From assembly GCF_020969955.1 (NCBI RefSeq), contig NZ_JAHDSX010000001.1, positions 150,001-182,000 on the forward strand: a DNA stretch of 32,000 nt, given 5' to 3'. A program made the position numbers and the translations under genes. The notes beneath the pieces are model-generated. The model was not told the origin of the DNA. It was given only the letters and a program-made list of their open reading frames with translations, and searched no databases. Positions 23,613 through 32,000 of this stretch are shown here, piece after piece; positions within the stretch are counted from its first letter, which is position 1, and every line of letters starts with the position of its first letter. The stretch is from Allobaculum fili. GTDB lineage: Bacteria; Bacillota_I; Bacilli_A; Erysipelotrichales; Erysipelotrichaceae.

Positions 23613-23641
23613 AAAAAGCCGCCGTAAGCAGCGGCTTTTCA
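23613..23641 (-). terminator. Weak hairpin, possibly a terminator, just downstream of the kinase gene
   Basis: aaaagccgc (23614-23622) pairs with gcggctttt (23631-23639). It lies 36 nt after the stop at 23677. The GC core is only 5 bp. Confidence 0.3.
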
Positions 23642-23676
23642 TTCAGAACAAACGGCTTGTTAGAAACAGGCTTGCT

Positions 23677-25683
23677 TTATCCCAGATCCGGCACATCGCC
23701 CGAGGGCATTTCGGCCAGGGGGAGCGCCAGAGTAAAGATCGAACCTTCTGGTGTATTGTCGCGGACAGTCAGCTTGCCCTGATGGGCATCGACAATCGAC
23801 TTGCACAGGAACAGGCCAAGTCCCAGATAATGGTTGGAGTCCACATTTCCCTTGCTTCCGGTATAAAACAGATCGAAGATCGCCGGCTTTTCCGCATCGG
23901 GAATGCCCGGGCCCTGGTCTTCGACGTCCACGATGGCCCAGCCGTCCTGTTCATAGGCGTGCAGACGGACTTGCGTGCCGGCTGGCGTGTGGTAGATGGC
24001 GTTGAGCACCATGTTCGTGATCGCCTGTGAGATCAGACCGTGATCGGCATTGACCAGAAGCAGATCGTCATCGATATCCACCTGAAGCGGATGAGTTTCG
24101 TTGGAAATTTTCGGGAAGTCGAGGCTGGCGTCAATAATTTCGCTGATCACTTCCAGCTGCGGATGCACCGGCATCGTGCCGTTGTCCAGACGCGCTGCGG
24201 TCAGCAGGTTTTCCACCATGCTCGACAGAAGCTGCGAATCGGCTTTGATCGTACGCCAGATGTCGGAAAGGTCTTCCCGCGTCAGGAAATCCTTGCCTTC
24301 TTCCGCCGCGGTGACGTTGCCGATAATGGACGTCAGCGGCGTACGCAGATCGTGCGAGATGCCTTTAAGAATATTGGAGCGCAGCCGGTTGGATTCGGCT
24401 TCGCGCTGGATCTGTTCGAACTCTTCGGAGCGGATGCGGTTTTCCAGCGCCTGGGCGCTTTCCTGAATGATGGAATCGAGGATCATGTATTCATAGCCTT
24501 CGATCACATCCGAACCGCCGTTGATGCCGACCAGTCCGATGACGTCCCCGTCCATTTTCCAGGGAAAATACAGATAGGCTGCATCGCTGAAATAGAGGGT
24601 GTGATTGCCGGCGGCGTCCTTGATTTTTACCGCTTCGTTTTGCGCGTCCCGGTCCGCCTGGCCGATCGGCAGATGGACGGGATACATCGAACTCGACGGA
24701 TAGGCGGCTGCTTCCTGAAAATCGAGACCGTCATACGGGATGAAGAGAATATCGCGGTGAATGCGTCCGGCGAGATGCGTACATACCGCGGGGATCAGCT
24801 CGCTGGTCTGTTCCGTTTCCTGAAGCAGCTGGCTGTTTTCGAGCAGCACCTGGGTGCGCCAGGACGATTTGTTGGCCTGATCGGATTCCTGATGCAGGCG
24901 CATGCCCATCGCGCCGGCGATGACCGAGGCGACAAAGGTAATCGCGAACACCAGGGTCAGATCAGTCTGGTAGTAGACGATGCTTCCGCGAGGCGACGCA
25001 AACAAAATGTTGAACAGAATAATCACTGCGGTCGACGAGAAAATCGGCCAGAACAGCGAAGTGGACGATACGGAACAGATCAGAACGCCAAGCATGTAAA
25101 TCGGCGCCAGGAGCGCTTCGTCCGCACCCGTGGAATCGACCAGGAAAGCGACGACCGTCGCCGCAAAAAGAACGAGCACGGTGATCGCGAGCTGACGGAA
25201 AAACTGGCTGGTGGAAAGCTTGACCAGTCCCTGCGTCTGAATGTGCGTGCGCTCTGCACTTGGCACGGTCACGATATGCACGTCCGGAAGACTGTCCATC
25301 AGCGAAACCGCAATCGACTTGCGAAAGCGATTCAGTCCCGTCTGCCGGACTGGCCTGGTAATGACCAGCTGGCTGACGCGCTTGGACTTGCAAAATTCGA
25401 CGATCTGATACACCGGGTCGGTTCCGGATAAAATTTCGATTTTGGCGCCGGCCTGCGCGGCGTAAATAATCGCGTCGTGCAGCTTGGTTTTGCGCGCTTC
25501 CGAAACGGATCGATAATACGGCGTGTCTACATACACGGCCGAAAACAGGGCGTCCTGTTTTTGGGCGAGCAGGGCTGCGCTGTCGATTGCCTGGCTGCAG
25601 GCATCGTCCGCTGTCAGAACAACAACCACATGCACATGCTTTGGCAAAGGCGTCTGTCCGATCACAGACTGCGAAAGGGCCAT
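23677..25683 (-). CDS. kdpD: KdpD-type sensor histidine kinase lacking the N-terminal KdpD P-loop domain (USP-like, 4 TM, GAF-like, HisKA, HATPase)
   Basis: RBS AAGGCGGTGA is present. The protein starts directly in the USP-like region (HVHVVVVLTADDACSQAIDSAALLA...VSQLVITRP), followed by 4 hydrophobic helices. The H-box is ISHDLRTPLTSIIGN, the N-box LSQAITNMVLNAIYHTP, and the G-boxes DQGPGIP and GLGLFLC. Confidence 0.8.
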   Translation of the reverse strand: MALSQSVIGQTPLPKHVHVVVVLTADDACSQAIDSAALLAQKQDALFSAVYVDTPYYRSVSEARKTKLHDAIIYAAQAGAKIEILSGTDPVYQIVEFCKSKRVSQLVITRPVRQTGLNRFRKSIAVSLMDSLPDVHIVTVPSAERTHIQTQGLVKLSTSQFFRQLAITVLVLFAATVVAFLVDSTGADEALLAPIYMLGVLICSVSSTSLFWPIFSSTAVIILFNILFASPRGSIVYYQTDLTLVFAITFVASVIAGAMGMRLHQESDQANKSSWRTQVLLENSQLLQETEQTSELIPAVCTHLAGRIHRDILFIPYDGLDFQEAAAYPSSSMYPVHLPIGQADRDAQNEAVKIKDAAGNHTLYFSDAAYLYFPWKMDGDVIGLVGINGGSDVIEGYEYMILDSIIQESAQALENRIRSEEFEQIQREAESNRLRSNILKGISHDLRTPLTSIIGNVTAAEEGKDFLTREDLSDIWRTIKADSQLLSSMVENLLTAARLDNGTMPVHPQLEVISEIIDASLDFPKISNETHPLQVDIDDDLLLVNADHGLISQAITNMVLNAIYHTPAGTQVRLHAYEQDGWAIVDVEDQGPGIPDAEKPAIFDLFYTGSKGNVDSNHYLGLGLFLCKSIVDAHQGKLTVRDNTPEGSIFTLALPLAEMPSGDVPDLG

Positions 25684-26103
25684 GAAATCACCGCCTTTCT
25701 AAACTTTCTTTTTTCCTCTTCCGCCTTTTTCCCGTTCCCCTGCTTTTTATAAAGAAGCCAAAGAGAAAGGAAAACAGGCCCTGGATGCGAAAAGAGTCCG
25801 CGCTGTCTACAGGGCATTCGCGGGCTTTTCAAAAAGATGCATCGAAAAGGTATTTGTAAAAGATGATTATCCATCCTTAACGCCATAGAGGCATTTCGAA
25901 TAAGATTTGGTGCAAACAAAATGAAAAAACGAACGAAGCCGTCTGTAAAAGCGGGAAGAAACCGGACCAGTATCGGTCCAAAACGGTTATGAATATTTGA
26001 ATAGTGTGATGGTATGAGTCCAGTATAGGCGAATTGACATAAAGGTGCCGTTAAGCATCGGTCAGCCGCATGGCTTTTGCGTAAAGAAAAAGCGAAAGCA
26101 GTC

Positions 26104-26541
26104 TTATTTGGCTGCTTTCGCCGTCTGGGCTTCCTGCGGTTTCTGAAGCACCAGAATTTTCCTGGCAAAGAGTTCATCGACCAGGACGTAGCGCATAGCC
26201 TGCCGGATCTGGCCGAGAAGCCGAATCAGGCGGAAACCTTCCGCGAACGTGAAGGCGATGATCAGAAGCAGACATACACCGGAAAAACCGGCGGGAAGGC
26301 TCGTCTGCAAAGCCGAATTGAAATAAATGCCGGCGAAACTGAGCGCGAGAATGTTCAGAATGCTGAGCGTGATCAGTCTTGGACAGATCAGCATGTTTAC
26401 GGCATGGGAATACGTTTTTGTGTCTTTGGTAGTACGAAGCAGAATGATCTGCTTATAAATTGAATGCAGTTCCGGGTTTTCGGAATCGATGATCTGATGA
26501 AGCGTCAAGATCAGCTGTTCCTTCGGAATATAGCGGCGCAT
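26104..26541 (-). CDS. Small membrane protein (145 aa, about 2-3 TM), function unknown
   Basis: RBS GAGG lies 8 nt upstream. Hydrophobic segments: LICPRLITLSILNILALSFAGIYF and GFSGVCLLLIIAFTFA. Confidence 0.55.
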   Translation of the reverse strand: MRRYIPKEQLILTLHQIIDSENPELHSIYKQIILLRTTKDTKTYSHAVNMLICPRLITLSILNILALSFAGIYFNSALQTSLPAGFSGVCLLLIIAFTFAEGFRLIRLLGQIRQAMRYVLVDELFARKILVLQKPQEAQTAKAAK

Positions 26542-26701
26542 CGCATTAACCTCAACTTCCAGGCAGGACCTGTAAAGACGGATTGTTCTGTCTTTATCGC
26601 CCCCCCCGCGACGATTAGGGTAAACCTTTCGAGAAAGGCTTTCAAGTAAAGAGGCCGCGGCTTTCCTGCGTTTTATTTGTCCTTTTTGGTTTCTTTTTTT
26701 C

Positions 26702-27259
26702 TTATCGAATTTTATAAAAGTGGGCGGTGGAAATTCCCCATTTTTTCGTGCGGTAACGGTGCAGCTTTACGTAGTCATCGCGCATTTCCTTCGTGTGAAG
26801 CGTACGGATCACCACTTCTCCATCTTCATTCAGAAGTTCTGCATCGCCAAGGGCTTCCATAACGGGGTGGAAAATGGAATCGACGGTATAGGGCGGGTCC
26901 AGATAAATCCGGTCGAATTTTTCGCCTTTCCTTTTGAGCTGTTCAATCGCCAGAAAGACGTCTTTTTCCAGAAGCGTACAGTTTTTGTTTTCGAAATGGC
27001 AGGCTTTCAGATTCCGTCGAATGACATCGGCGGCCTTTTTTCCTTTTTCGACCATGACGACCCGATCGGCGCCTCTCGAGAGGGCTTCGAGCCCCATGGA
27101 GCCGGAGCCGGAAAACAGATCGAGAAAGGAACTGCCGGGAATATCAAACTGCCAGATGTTGAAAAGAGCCTGACGAATTTTATCCGTAACGGGCCGGGTA
27201 TCCAGACCTTCGGGCGCTTCAATGATTTTGCCGCGCGCCGAACCGGAAATTATGCGCAT
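26702..27259 (-). CDS. rsmD: 16S rRNA (guanine966-N2)-methyltransferase RsmD
   Basis: MRIISGSARGKIIEAPEGLDTRPVTDKIRQALFNIW, the SAM motif LDLFSGSGSMGLEALSRGA and the DPPY motif (IYLDPPY) are all present. RBS AGGTGA lies 6 nt upstream. Confidence 0.9.
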   Translation of the reverse strand: MRIISGSARGKIIEAPEGLDTRPVTDKIRQALFNIWQFDIPGSSFLDLFSGSGSMGLEALSRGADRVVMVEKGKKAADVIRRNLKACHFENKNCTLLEKDVFLAIEQLKRKGEKFDRIYLDPPYTVDSIFHPVMEALGDAELLNEDGEVVIRTLHTKEMRDDYVKLHRYRTKKWGISTAHFYKIR

Positions 27260-27621
27260 AAGCTATCACCTGCTTTCTCTCTCCTGCTTTTTTCACGGCT
27301 TGCGATCGTATAAAAGAAAAGGCAAGCCGGCGCAGGGAACGCTTGAAATTCCTGTCGCCTTTCCTCTTTGTATCGTATCACACGTGCCCGTATAAAAAGG
27401 AATAGGGCTTTTTCCGGCCGGAAAGGTCCGCTTAGTCTATCCCAATTGCGAAAACGCTTCCATCCAGGCGGCCAGTTTGGATAGAAAATTGTCCTGTTCT
27501 GATGATTCTCGTTATAAAATTCTTATATTTTTTTCTACGACTAGTGGAATTGAAAATCCGCGATCACAATGGAAGTATCAAAGGATTGCCAGAAATAATG
27601 CCGCATAAAGGAGGCGATGAC

Positions 27622-27972
27622 ATGAATTCAAGGATCCTTCAGAAACATCTCGAAAGCAGGCTGATCATTCTTGTAAATGTCTGCGCCGCAAATCAGAAGC
27701 AGGATGACGGACTGATCTATGAAATTCTGACCGATACCCATATGGACGATCAGAGCCGTCTGAACTACATTGCGCAGATCGAATGCCGGCTGCCGCAGAT
27801 CCGGCTCATGCCCTGCAAAAACGAATGGAGCCTGAACTCCCGCTACGCAGAAGAAAGCGAAGAAAGCGACACCGCCTGGCAGCAGGTGCGCGCCATCGCC
27901 ATCTCGACCAAGGGCGATGAACACGGACTTGACTGTCTGACGTGCCAGAAAATCGCGAAAGCCTTAAGCTGA
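27622..27972 (+). CDS. Hypothetical protein (116 aa)
   Basis: AAGGAGG at 27608-27614 lies 7 nt before ATG 27622. The track start at 27502 adds 40 residues with no RBS. I recognise no family. Confidence 0.5.
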   Translation: MNSRILQKHLESRLIILVNVCAANQKQDDGLIYEILTDTHMDDQSRLNYIAQIECRLPQIRLMPCKNEWSLNSRYAEESEESDTAWQQVRAIAISTKGDEHGLDCLTCQKIAKALS

Positions 27973-28002
27973 AACGCAGCGTCCGGCTCACTCGGGCAGC
28001 AT

Positions 28003-28046
28003 CCATGAATCACCCATGAATCACCCATGAATCACCCATGAATAAT
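28003..28046. repeat. 11-bp tandem repeat, ccatgaatcac x3 plus a diverged fourth copy
   Basis: Read directly: 28003-28013, 28014-28024 and 28025-28035 are identical, and 28036-28046 is ccatgaataat. It is intergenic, 31 nt after the stop of the hypothetical gene and ~230 nt upstream of the hydrolase gene. Confidence 0.9.
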
Positions 28047-28277
28047 GAAACGCTTCACAGGCAGATTTGGTCTTTTTTCCAGACGGTAAGAACAGTTCAC
28101 CTTTTCTGGAAAGAAGATCCGATCTGCTTTTCTTTGCGCAAAAGGGAGCGGCTTTCGCATTGACGCGAAGAGCGGATACAATAGACAAGGCAGGAAAGTC
28201 CCGAATTCATACAAAGAATCGGGGAACATGCGAGTAAAACGAAACTACGCGTTAAGACGAAAGAGGGGTAAATAAAT

Positions 28278-29240
28278 ATGGAACAGTACAGAACCGTTCG
28301 TTCCCGGTATGATCAGCTTCCGCTCGATGTGGTCGAAGTCATTCCGGAAAACGGGGTAAAAGCCATTGTTCAGATCGTTCACGGCATGCAGGAACACAAG
28401 GAACGCTACCTGCATTTCATGGAATTTCTGGCGTCCAATCATATCGCCTGCGTAGCCGCCGATCATCGCGGCCATGGAAAATCCATTCGCGCTGAGCTCG
28501 ACCTGGGCTATTTTTATGACAGTACGGCGACGGCGATTGTTGAAGATCTGGATGCGGTCAATGCCGATCTTCGCGAGCGCTATCCAGACGTTCCCTTTTT
28601 CATGATCGCCCATTCCATGGGAACCCTCTGCGCCAGAAAGTATCTCAAGACGCATGACGAAGAACTGGACGGACTGATTCTGTCTGGACCAGTCTGGAGA
28701 AATCCGAAAGCAAAAGCCGGGCGGATGCTGGTGGATGTGCTCAGCCGTCTGTACGGGGATCGACACATTTCCAAACGTGTCGCCGGAATGGTCGAAGGCG
28801 CGTTTGATCAGGGAATTGAAGGCAATCAGACCAACCGCTGGCTCAGTACGGATACCGATGAAGTGGAAATGTTTAATAACGACCCGCTCTGCGGCAATCC
28901 CTTTACGCTGAACGGCTATCGAAATCTTCTTGTCATGATCGAAGAAGTGTACTCACCCAAAGGCTGGCAGATGAAAAACAAAAGCCTGCCGATTCTGTTT
29001 GCGGCCGGAGAAAACGATCCGGTGATCGGATCGCCAAAGGCGTTTGAAGAACAGAAAAAGGATCTGATGGCGCGCGGATATACGCATGTCCGCTCAAAGC
29101 TGTATCCGCAGATGCGGCATGAAATTCTCAATGAAATCAACCGCACGCAGGTTTACGAAGATTTTTATCATTTTTTAAATCGCATTCTGGAAGAAAAGAA
29201 AAAAGCTGCCGGGGCAGAAAAGGAGAAGAGCAATGATTGA
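28278..29240 (+). CDS. Alpha/beta hydrolase (lysophospholipase/monoacylglycerol-lipase-like)
   Basis: It has the HG oxyanion motif (IVHGMQEH), RGHGKS, the nucleophile elbow IAHSMG (GxSxG type) and a C-terminal MRHE segment holding the catalytic His candidate. An RBS is present. Confidence 0.8.
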   Translation: MEQYRTVRSRYDQLPLDVVEVIPENGVKAIVQIVHGMQEHKERYLHFMEFLASNHIACVAADHRGHGKSIRAELDLGYFYDSTATAIVEDLDAVNADLRERYPDVPFFMIAHSMGTLCARKYLKTHDEELDGLILSGPVWRNPKAKAGRMLVDVLSRLYGDRHISKRVAGMVEGAFDQGIEGNQTNRWLSTDTDEVEMFNNDPLCGNPFTLNGYRNLLVMIEEVYSPKGWQMKNKSLPILFAAGENDPVIGSPKAFEEQKKDLMARGYTHVRSKLYPQMRHEILNEINRTQVYEDFYHFLNRILEEKKKAAGAEKEKSND

Positions 29241-30015
29241 AGTTGGAATGATTGGTTTTGGAAAAATGGCGCAGGCGATCGCAGCCGGATGGCAAAATGC
29301 CGGCCTGCTCGATCGAATTCATGTGCAGGCGTATGCGCCGCATTATGACAAGCTCTGCCGCAACTGCAAAACATACGACGTAACGCCGATGAAGACGCTC
29401 CACGAGCTTTGCGAGGCAAGCCATGTGATTATCCTTGCCTGCAAGCCCGCGCAGGTCGAAGGCGTCCTGAGCGAATGCCGCGACTGGGTCGACGGCAAGC
29501 TCGTCATCTGTCTGGCCGCTGGAATCAATCACGAAAAGCTGGACGCCTGGCTGCCGTATGCGGCGCACGTATCGGTAATGCCGAACACCGCCATGATGGT
29601 TCAGGTCGGCTGCCTGATCGTGGAAGAACCGAACACGATGAGCGAACGAGATACAAAGGTTCTTGAAGACCTGTTCGAGCCGCTCGGCTCGATCGTTCCG
29701 GTTCCGGCAGCCCTCTTTGGCATTGCCGGAACTATTTCCGGATGCGGCCCGGCCTTTCTCGGTCTCTTTGCGGAAGCCCTCGCGGATGCCGGTGTGAAGT
29801 ACGGTCTGCCGCGCGCAACAGCAGCGTCTCTGGCTGCCCGCACCGTGTATGGAGCCGGAGCTATGCTGAGTCTGAATGAAATGGAACCGGCTGTCTTTAA
29901 AAATGAAATCTGCTCGCCGGGCGGAACGACCATTCGCGGTATCGTCACTCTGGAAAAAGACGGATTCCGCAAAGCGGTGATCGAGGCGATCGAAGCCATC
30001 GAGGAAAAGAAGTAG
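29233..30015 (+). CDS. proC: Pyrroline-5-carboxylate reductase
   Basis: It has the N-terminal Rossmann motif VGMIGFGKMAQAIAAG and the C-terminal signature EICSPGGTTIRGIVTLEKDGFRKAVIEAI. It overlaps the hydrolase gene by 8 nt. RBS GGAG lies 7 nt upstream. Confidence 0.9.
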   Translation: MIEVGMIGFGKMAQAIAAGWQNAGLLDRIHVQAYAPHYDKLCRNCKTYDVTPMKTLHELCEASHVIILACKPAQVEGVLSECRDWVDGKLVICLAAGINHEKLDAWLPYAAHVSVMPNTAMMVQVGCLIVEEPNTMSERDTKVLEDLFEPLGSIVPVPAALFGIAGTISGCGPAFLGLFAEALADAGVKYGLPRATAASLAARTVYGAGAMLSLNEMEPAVFKNEICSPGGTTIRGIVTLEKDGFRKAVIEAIEAIEEKK

Positions 30016-30045
30016 GAAATCGAAGCCGAAAAACAAATACAAACG

Positions 30046-30098
30046 AAAGCCAGCGCAGATCTGTCGTCGGGAAACGACGAAGCTGCGCTGGCTTTTCT
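30046..30098. terminator. Bidirectional intrinsic terminator between proC and the convergent PBP gene
   Basis: aaagccagcgcag (30046-30058) pairs with ctgcgctggcttt (30083-30095), with an inner hairpin tcgtcg/cgacga. It is flanked by T/A runs. Confidence 0.8.
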
Positions 30099-30158
30099 AG
30101 TTCAGTGTATCGAATTGTAAGCGTCTGGTTTTCGGATTTACGTGATCTGCTTTCCGCT

Positions 30159-32000
30159 CTATCCATTGGACGTTCCGCCGATTTCTTTTGGCAAAGAGGA
30201 CGATTGGGTGGAACTGGAAGAATCTGCGGAATCCGTCTGGGAATCCGGCTCTTTGAGCGGATTTTCCTGCTGCCAGAGCTCGACGCTGATCGTGTCGCCC
30301 TTATGCAGTGCCGTGCCTTCCGGGACGGACTGGGAGGCAACTTTGCCGGATCCGCTGACTTTGACCTGAATGTTGGTCAGCTGCCAGAAGGCAGTCACAT
30401 CCTTGAGCGTCCAGCCGGTCATATCCGGCATGACAATTTCATCGCCGTTCGTCATTAAGAGAACGCGGTCCTGCGAATTGACCGTGGAATCCGCTGCCGG
30501 ATACTGACCAATAACGGTATCGCCATTGCCCAGAATCAGGGATTTCAGACTCATTTCGCCCAGTTTCTGTTCGGCATAGCTGCGCGTGTGGCTGGTCAGC
30601 GTCGGCATGGTCCAGGACGTCCAGGTACTCTGATCTGCCGAATCGGACTGCTCATTGTCATAGTTGACGCCGGCAGTCTTCAGTGCGGCTTTCATGATGT
30701 CCTGGAAGTAGCTTCCCGAATAGTTCAGATAGTTCGGCCCCTGCATGCCCCAGAAAACCATCACCTGCGGATCGTCGGCAGGAGCGGCGCCCATGACGGT
30801 CGATGTGTAGTTGGTTTTGTCATAGCCGCCAATATTCGGATTGTAAATTTCACCCGTACCGGTCTTGATTGCAATGTCGATGCCGTCAATGGTGAATCGC
30901 TCACCGGTCATGCCGGCATCGCCGACATGGACCATGAGCTGACGGACTTTCTGTGCCGTTTGGGCTGAAATCGGATGGCCGGTGCATTCCGGAGAAAACT
31001 GTTCGATGACCTCGCCGGTATCGCTGTCGAGGATGGAGTCCACAAGATAGGGCTTCATCATTTTTCCATCGTTGAAGATCGCGGTATACGCCTGACAAAG
31101 TTCCAGGGCGGTCAGCGAAGAGGCCTGACCAAAACCAGTCGAAAGGTAGTCGGTGGCCTGCGAATAGTTGCCGACCCCGGTCAGTTCGTTAATGAACGGA
31201 GAGCCGACGGGCTTATACAGACCGAAGGCGTCGAGATAGCTGGCAAACGTCTGCTGATCGAGGTAATTGGTCAGCAATTCGCAAATCGCGATGTTAGAGG
31301 AGTGTGCAAGACCATCCGCAAAGGTCAGCGTACCGTAGTCTGTGCCCAGCGCATCGTTAATCGGCGGATACTGCGTTTCGGCCTGACTGCCGACGCGGGT
31401 GATCTTGTTTGTGACCGGATCGACGGTGTAGTAAAACGATCCGGCGCGATAGTAAGTATCTTCTGAGGGATAGACGCCGGAGTCGATGGCAGCTGCGTAG
31501 ACGAGCGGCTTTACAACGGAACCTGGCTCGAAGAGAGCCTGCGAAATGTTGTCGGCGGTTTCCGGCAGAACGAGGTGTGTGTTCTGGTCATAGGTCGGAT
31601 AGGAACCCCAGCCGAGAATCTTGCCGGTTTTTACCTCGACGACAATGGCCCACGCCTGGGAAGCATTGGATTCATTCATGGTTCTGGAAAGAACCGATTC
31701 GATCGTTTCCTGGAGGTTCAGATCAAGGGTCAGCTTGACTTTGTCGCCGTTTTCGCTTTCGCGCAAAATCGTTTCGCTTCCTGGCAGGATCTGGTCAGCC
31801 TGCGTAGCAGTGTACTGACGCAGCCCGTTCTTGCCGCTCAGATAGGCGTTCATCGTCTGTTCGAGCCCGAAGCGGCCGGTGATCGTACCGGTGTTGTCAT
31901 CGTTGGTCGCAAAGCCGATGGCCTGCGAAGAAAGCGGCGTGGTCGGATAGGTACGGCGAACGTCTTCGATAAAGCTCATGCCGGGAATTTTCATGGATTC
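30159..32000 (-). CDS. Class B penicillin-binding protein (transpeptidase; PBP2B/SpoVD/FtsI-like) with two C-terminal PASTA domains. The N-terminus lies beyond the right edge.
   Basis: Motifs: SxxK (GSVVKP), SxN (HSSN) and KTG (IKTGTG). Two PASTA-like units are present (MPTLTSHTRSYAEQKL...; MPDMTGWTLKDVTAFWQ...), followed by a Ser/Asp-rich tail. The frame stays open upstream of ATG 31994 to nt 32000, and that Met falls inside the dimerisation-domain region. Confidence 0.85.
   Translation of the reverse strand, partial: ESMKIPGMSFIEDVRRTYPTTPLSSQAIGFATNDDNTGTITGRFGLEQTMNAYLSGKNGLRQYTATQADQILPGSETILRESENGDKVKLTLDLNLQETIESVLSRTMNESNASQAWAIVVEVKTGKILGWGSYPTYDQNTHLVLPETADNISQALFEPGSVVKPLVYAAAIDSGVYPSEDTYYRAGSFYYTVDPVTNKITRVGSQAETQYPPINDALGTDYGTLTFADGLAHSSNIAICELLTNYLDQQTFASYLDAFGLYKPVGSPFINELTGVGNYSQATDYLSTGFGQASSLTALELCQAYTAIFNDGKMMKPYLVDSILDSDTGEVIEQFSPECTGHPISAQTAQKVRQLMVHVGDAGMTGERFTIDGIDIAIKTGTGEIYNPNIGGYDKTNYTSTVMGAAPADDPQVMVFWGMQGPNYLNYSGSYFQDIMKAALKTAGVNYDNEQSDSADQSTWTSWTMPTLTSHTRSYAEQKLGEMSLKSLILGNGDTVIGQYPAADSTVNSQDRVLLMTNGDEIVMPDMTGWTLKDVTAFWQLTNIQVKVSGSGKVASQSVPEGTALHKGDTISVELWQQENPLKEPDSQTDSADSSSSTQSSSLPKEIGGTSNG

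Noticed and set aside
24040-25431. A 463-aa ORF on the plus strand
   Set aside because: It is antisense to the kinase gene, which has clear H, N and G boxes. The shadow translation is Arg/Asp/Gly-rich with no RBS.
25684-26103. A possible c-di-AMP (ydaO/kimA-type) riboswitch in the 420-nt leader of kdpD
   Set aside because: None of the conserved blocks I remember (GGGGGACCCA, GGGGUGAAUCC, CCGAACCCGUCAGCUAACC) is present on the minus strand.
25662-26177. A 171-aa minus-strand ORF that fills the kdpD upstream gap and overlaps two real genes
   Set aside because: It overlaps the 3' end of the small membrane-protein gene and the 5' end of kdpD in other frames. It is rich in Arg, Phe and Pro, has no RBS and does not encode the missing KdpD_N P-loop domain.
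26599-26606. A poly-C (G8 on the coding strand) tract 58 nt upstream of the small membrane-protein gene, as a possible phase-variation switch
   Set aside because: A naive composition estimate gives about two G/C runs of length 8 by chance in 32 kb. The tract is outside any ORF and not between recognisable -35 and -10 elements. It is only worth checking if strain comparisons show length variation.
1-32000. A search for tRNA/rRNA genes, IS elements, integrases, prophage genes and toxin-antitoxin pairs
   Set aside because: I found no T-arm-like GGTTCGAATCC-type motifs in a cloverleaf context, no transposase, recombinase or phage structural motifs in any long ORF, and no terminal inverted repeats flanking a gene. 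The absence is judged by eye only.

Overview
This is a 32-kb chromosomal segment, mid-50s % GC by eye. Genes have Shine-Dalgarno leaders, many are followed by hairpin plus U-tract terminators, and there is a PASTA-bearing class B PBP. This fits a Firmicute, probably Clostridia-like (inference). I can support 24 protein-coding genes, two of them truncated by the window edges. I found no rRNA, tRNA, CRISPR array, transposase or integrase.

Ordinary content: proC, rsmD, azlCD, a KdpD-type/KdpE two-component pair, MATE and MFS transporters, an alpha/beta hydrolase, a lipoprotein and a class B PBP.

Unusual content, in order of interest:
1. A co-directional pair (5439-9715). The first gene is a DUF1848 protein with a CX3CX2C triad. 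The second encodes a 1100-aa protein with a disordered Pro-rich N-terminus, a primase-polymerase-like (AEP-like) Cys-cluster domain with apparently degenerate catalytic residues, a complete SF2 DECH helicase and a PLD-like C-terminal module lacking HKD. A UPF0158-GNAT fusion gene follows. This is my best candidate for an undescribed nucleic-acid conflict system.
2. A 984-aa TIR + Sel1 + TPR protein (538-3492). Its TAG stop is in frame with 179 further TPR-like codons that run off the window.
3. An A-type Fe-S carrier (HesB/IscA-like) fused to an ~80-aa Cys/His/Asp/Gly tail. The tail is encoded by near-perfect 36-bp tandem repeats.
4. A translationally coupled operon encoding a signal-peptide-less ParB/Srx-like + BMP (nucleoside-binding-type) fusion protein and a metallophosphoesterase.
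5. An AT-rich ORF-poor islet (20584-21222) with a near-consensus promoter and a strong terminator bracketing a ~215-nt orphan transcript.

All family assignments come from motif recognition by eye. No HMM or BLAST search was run.
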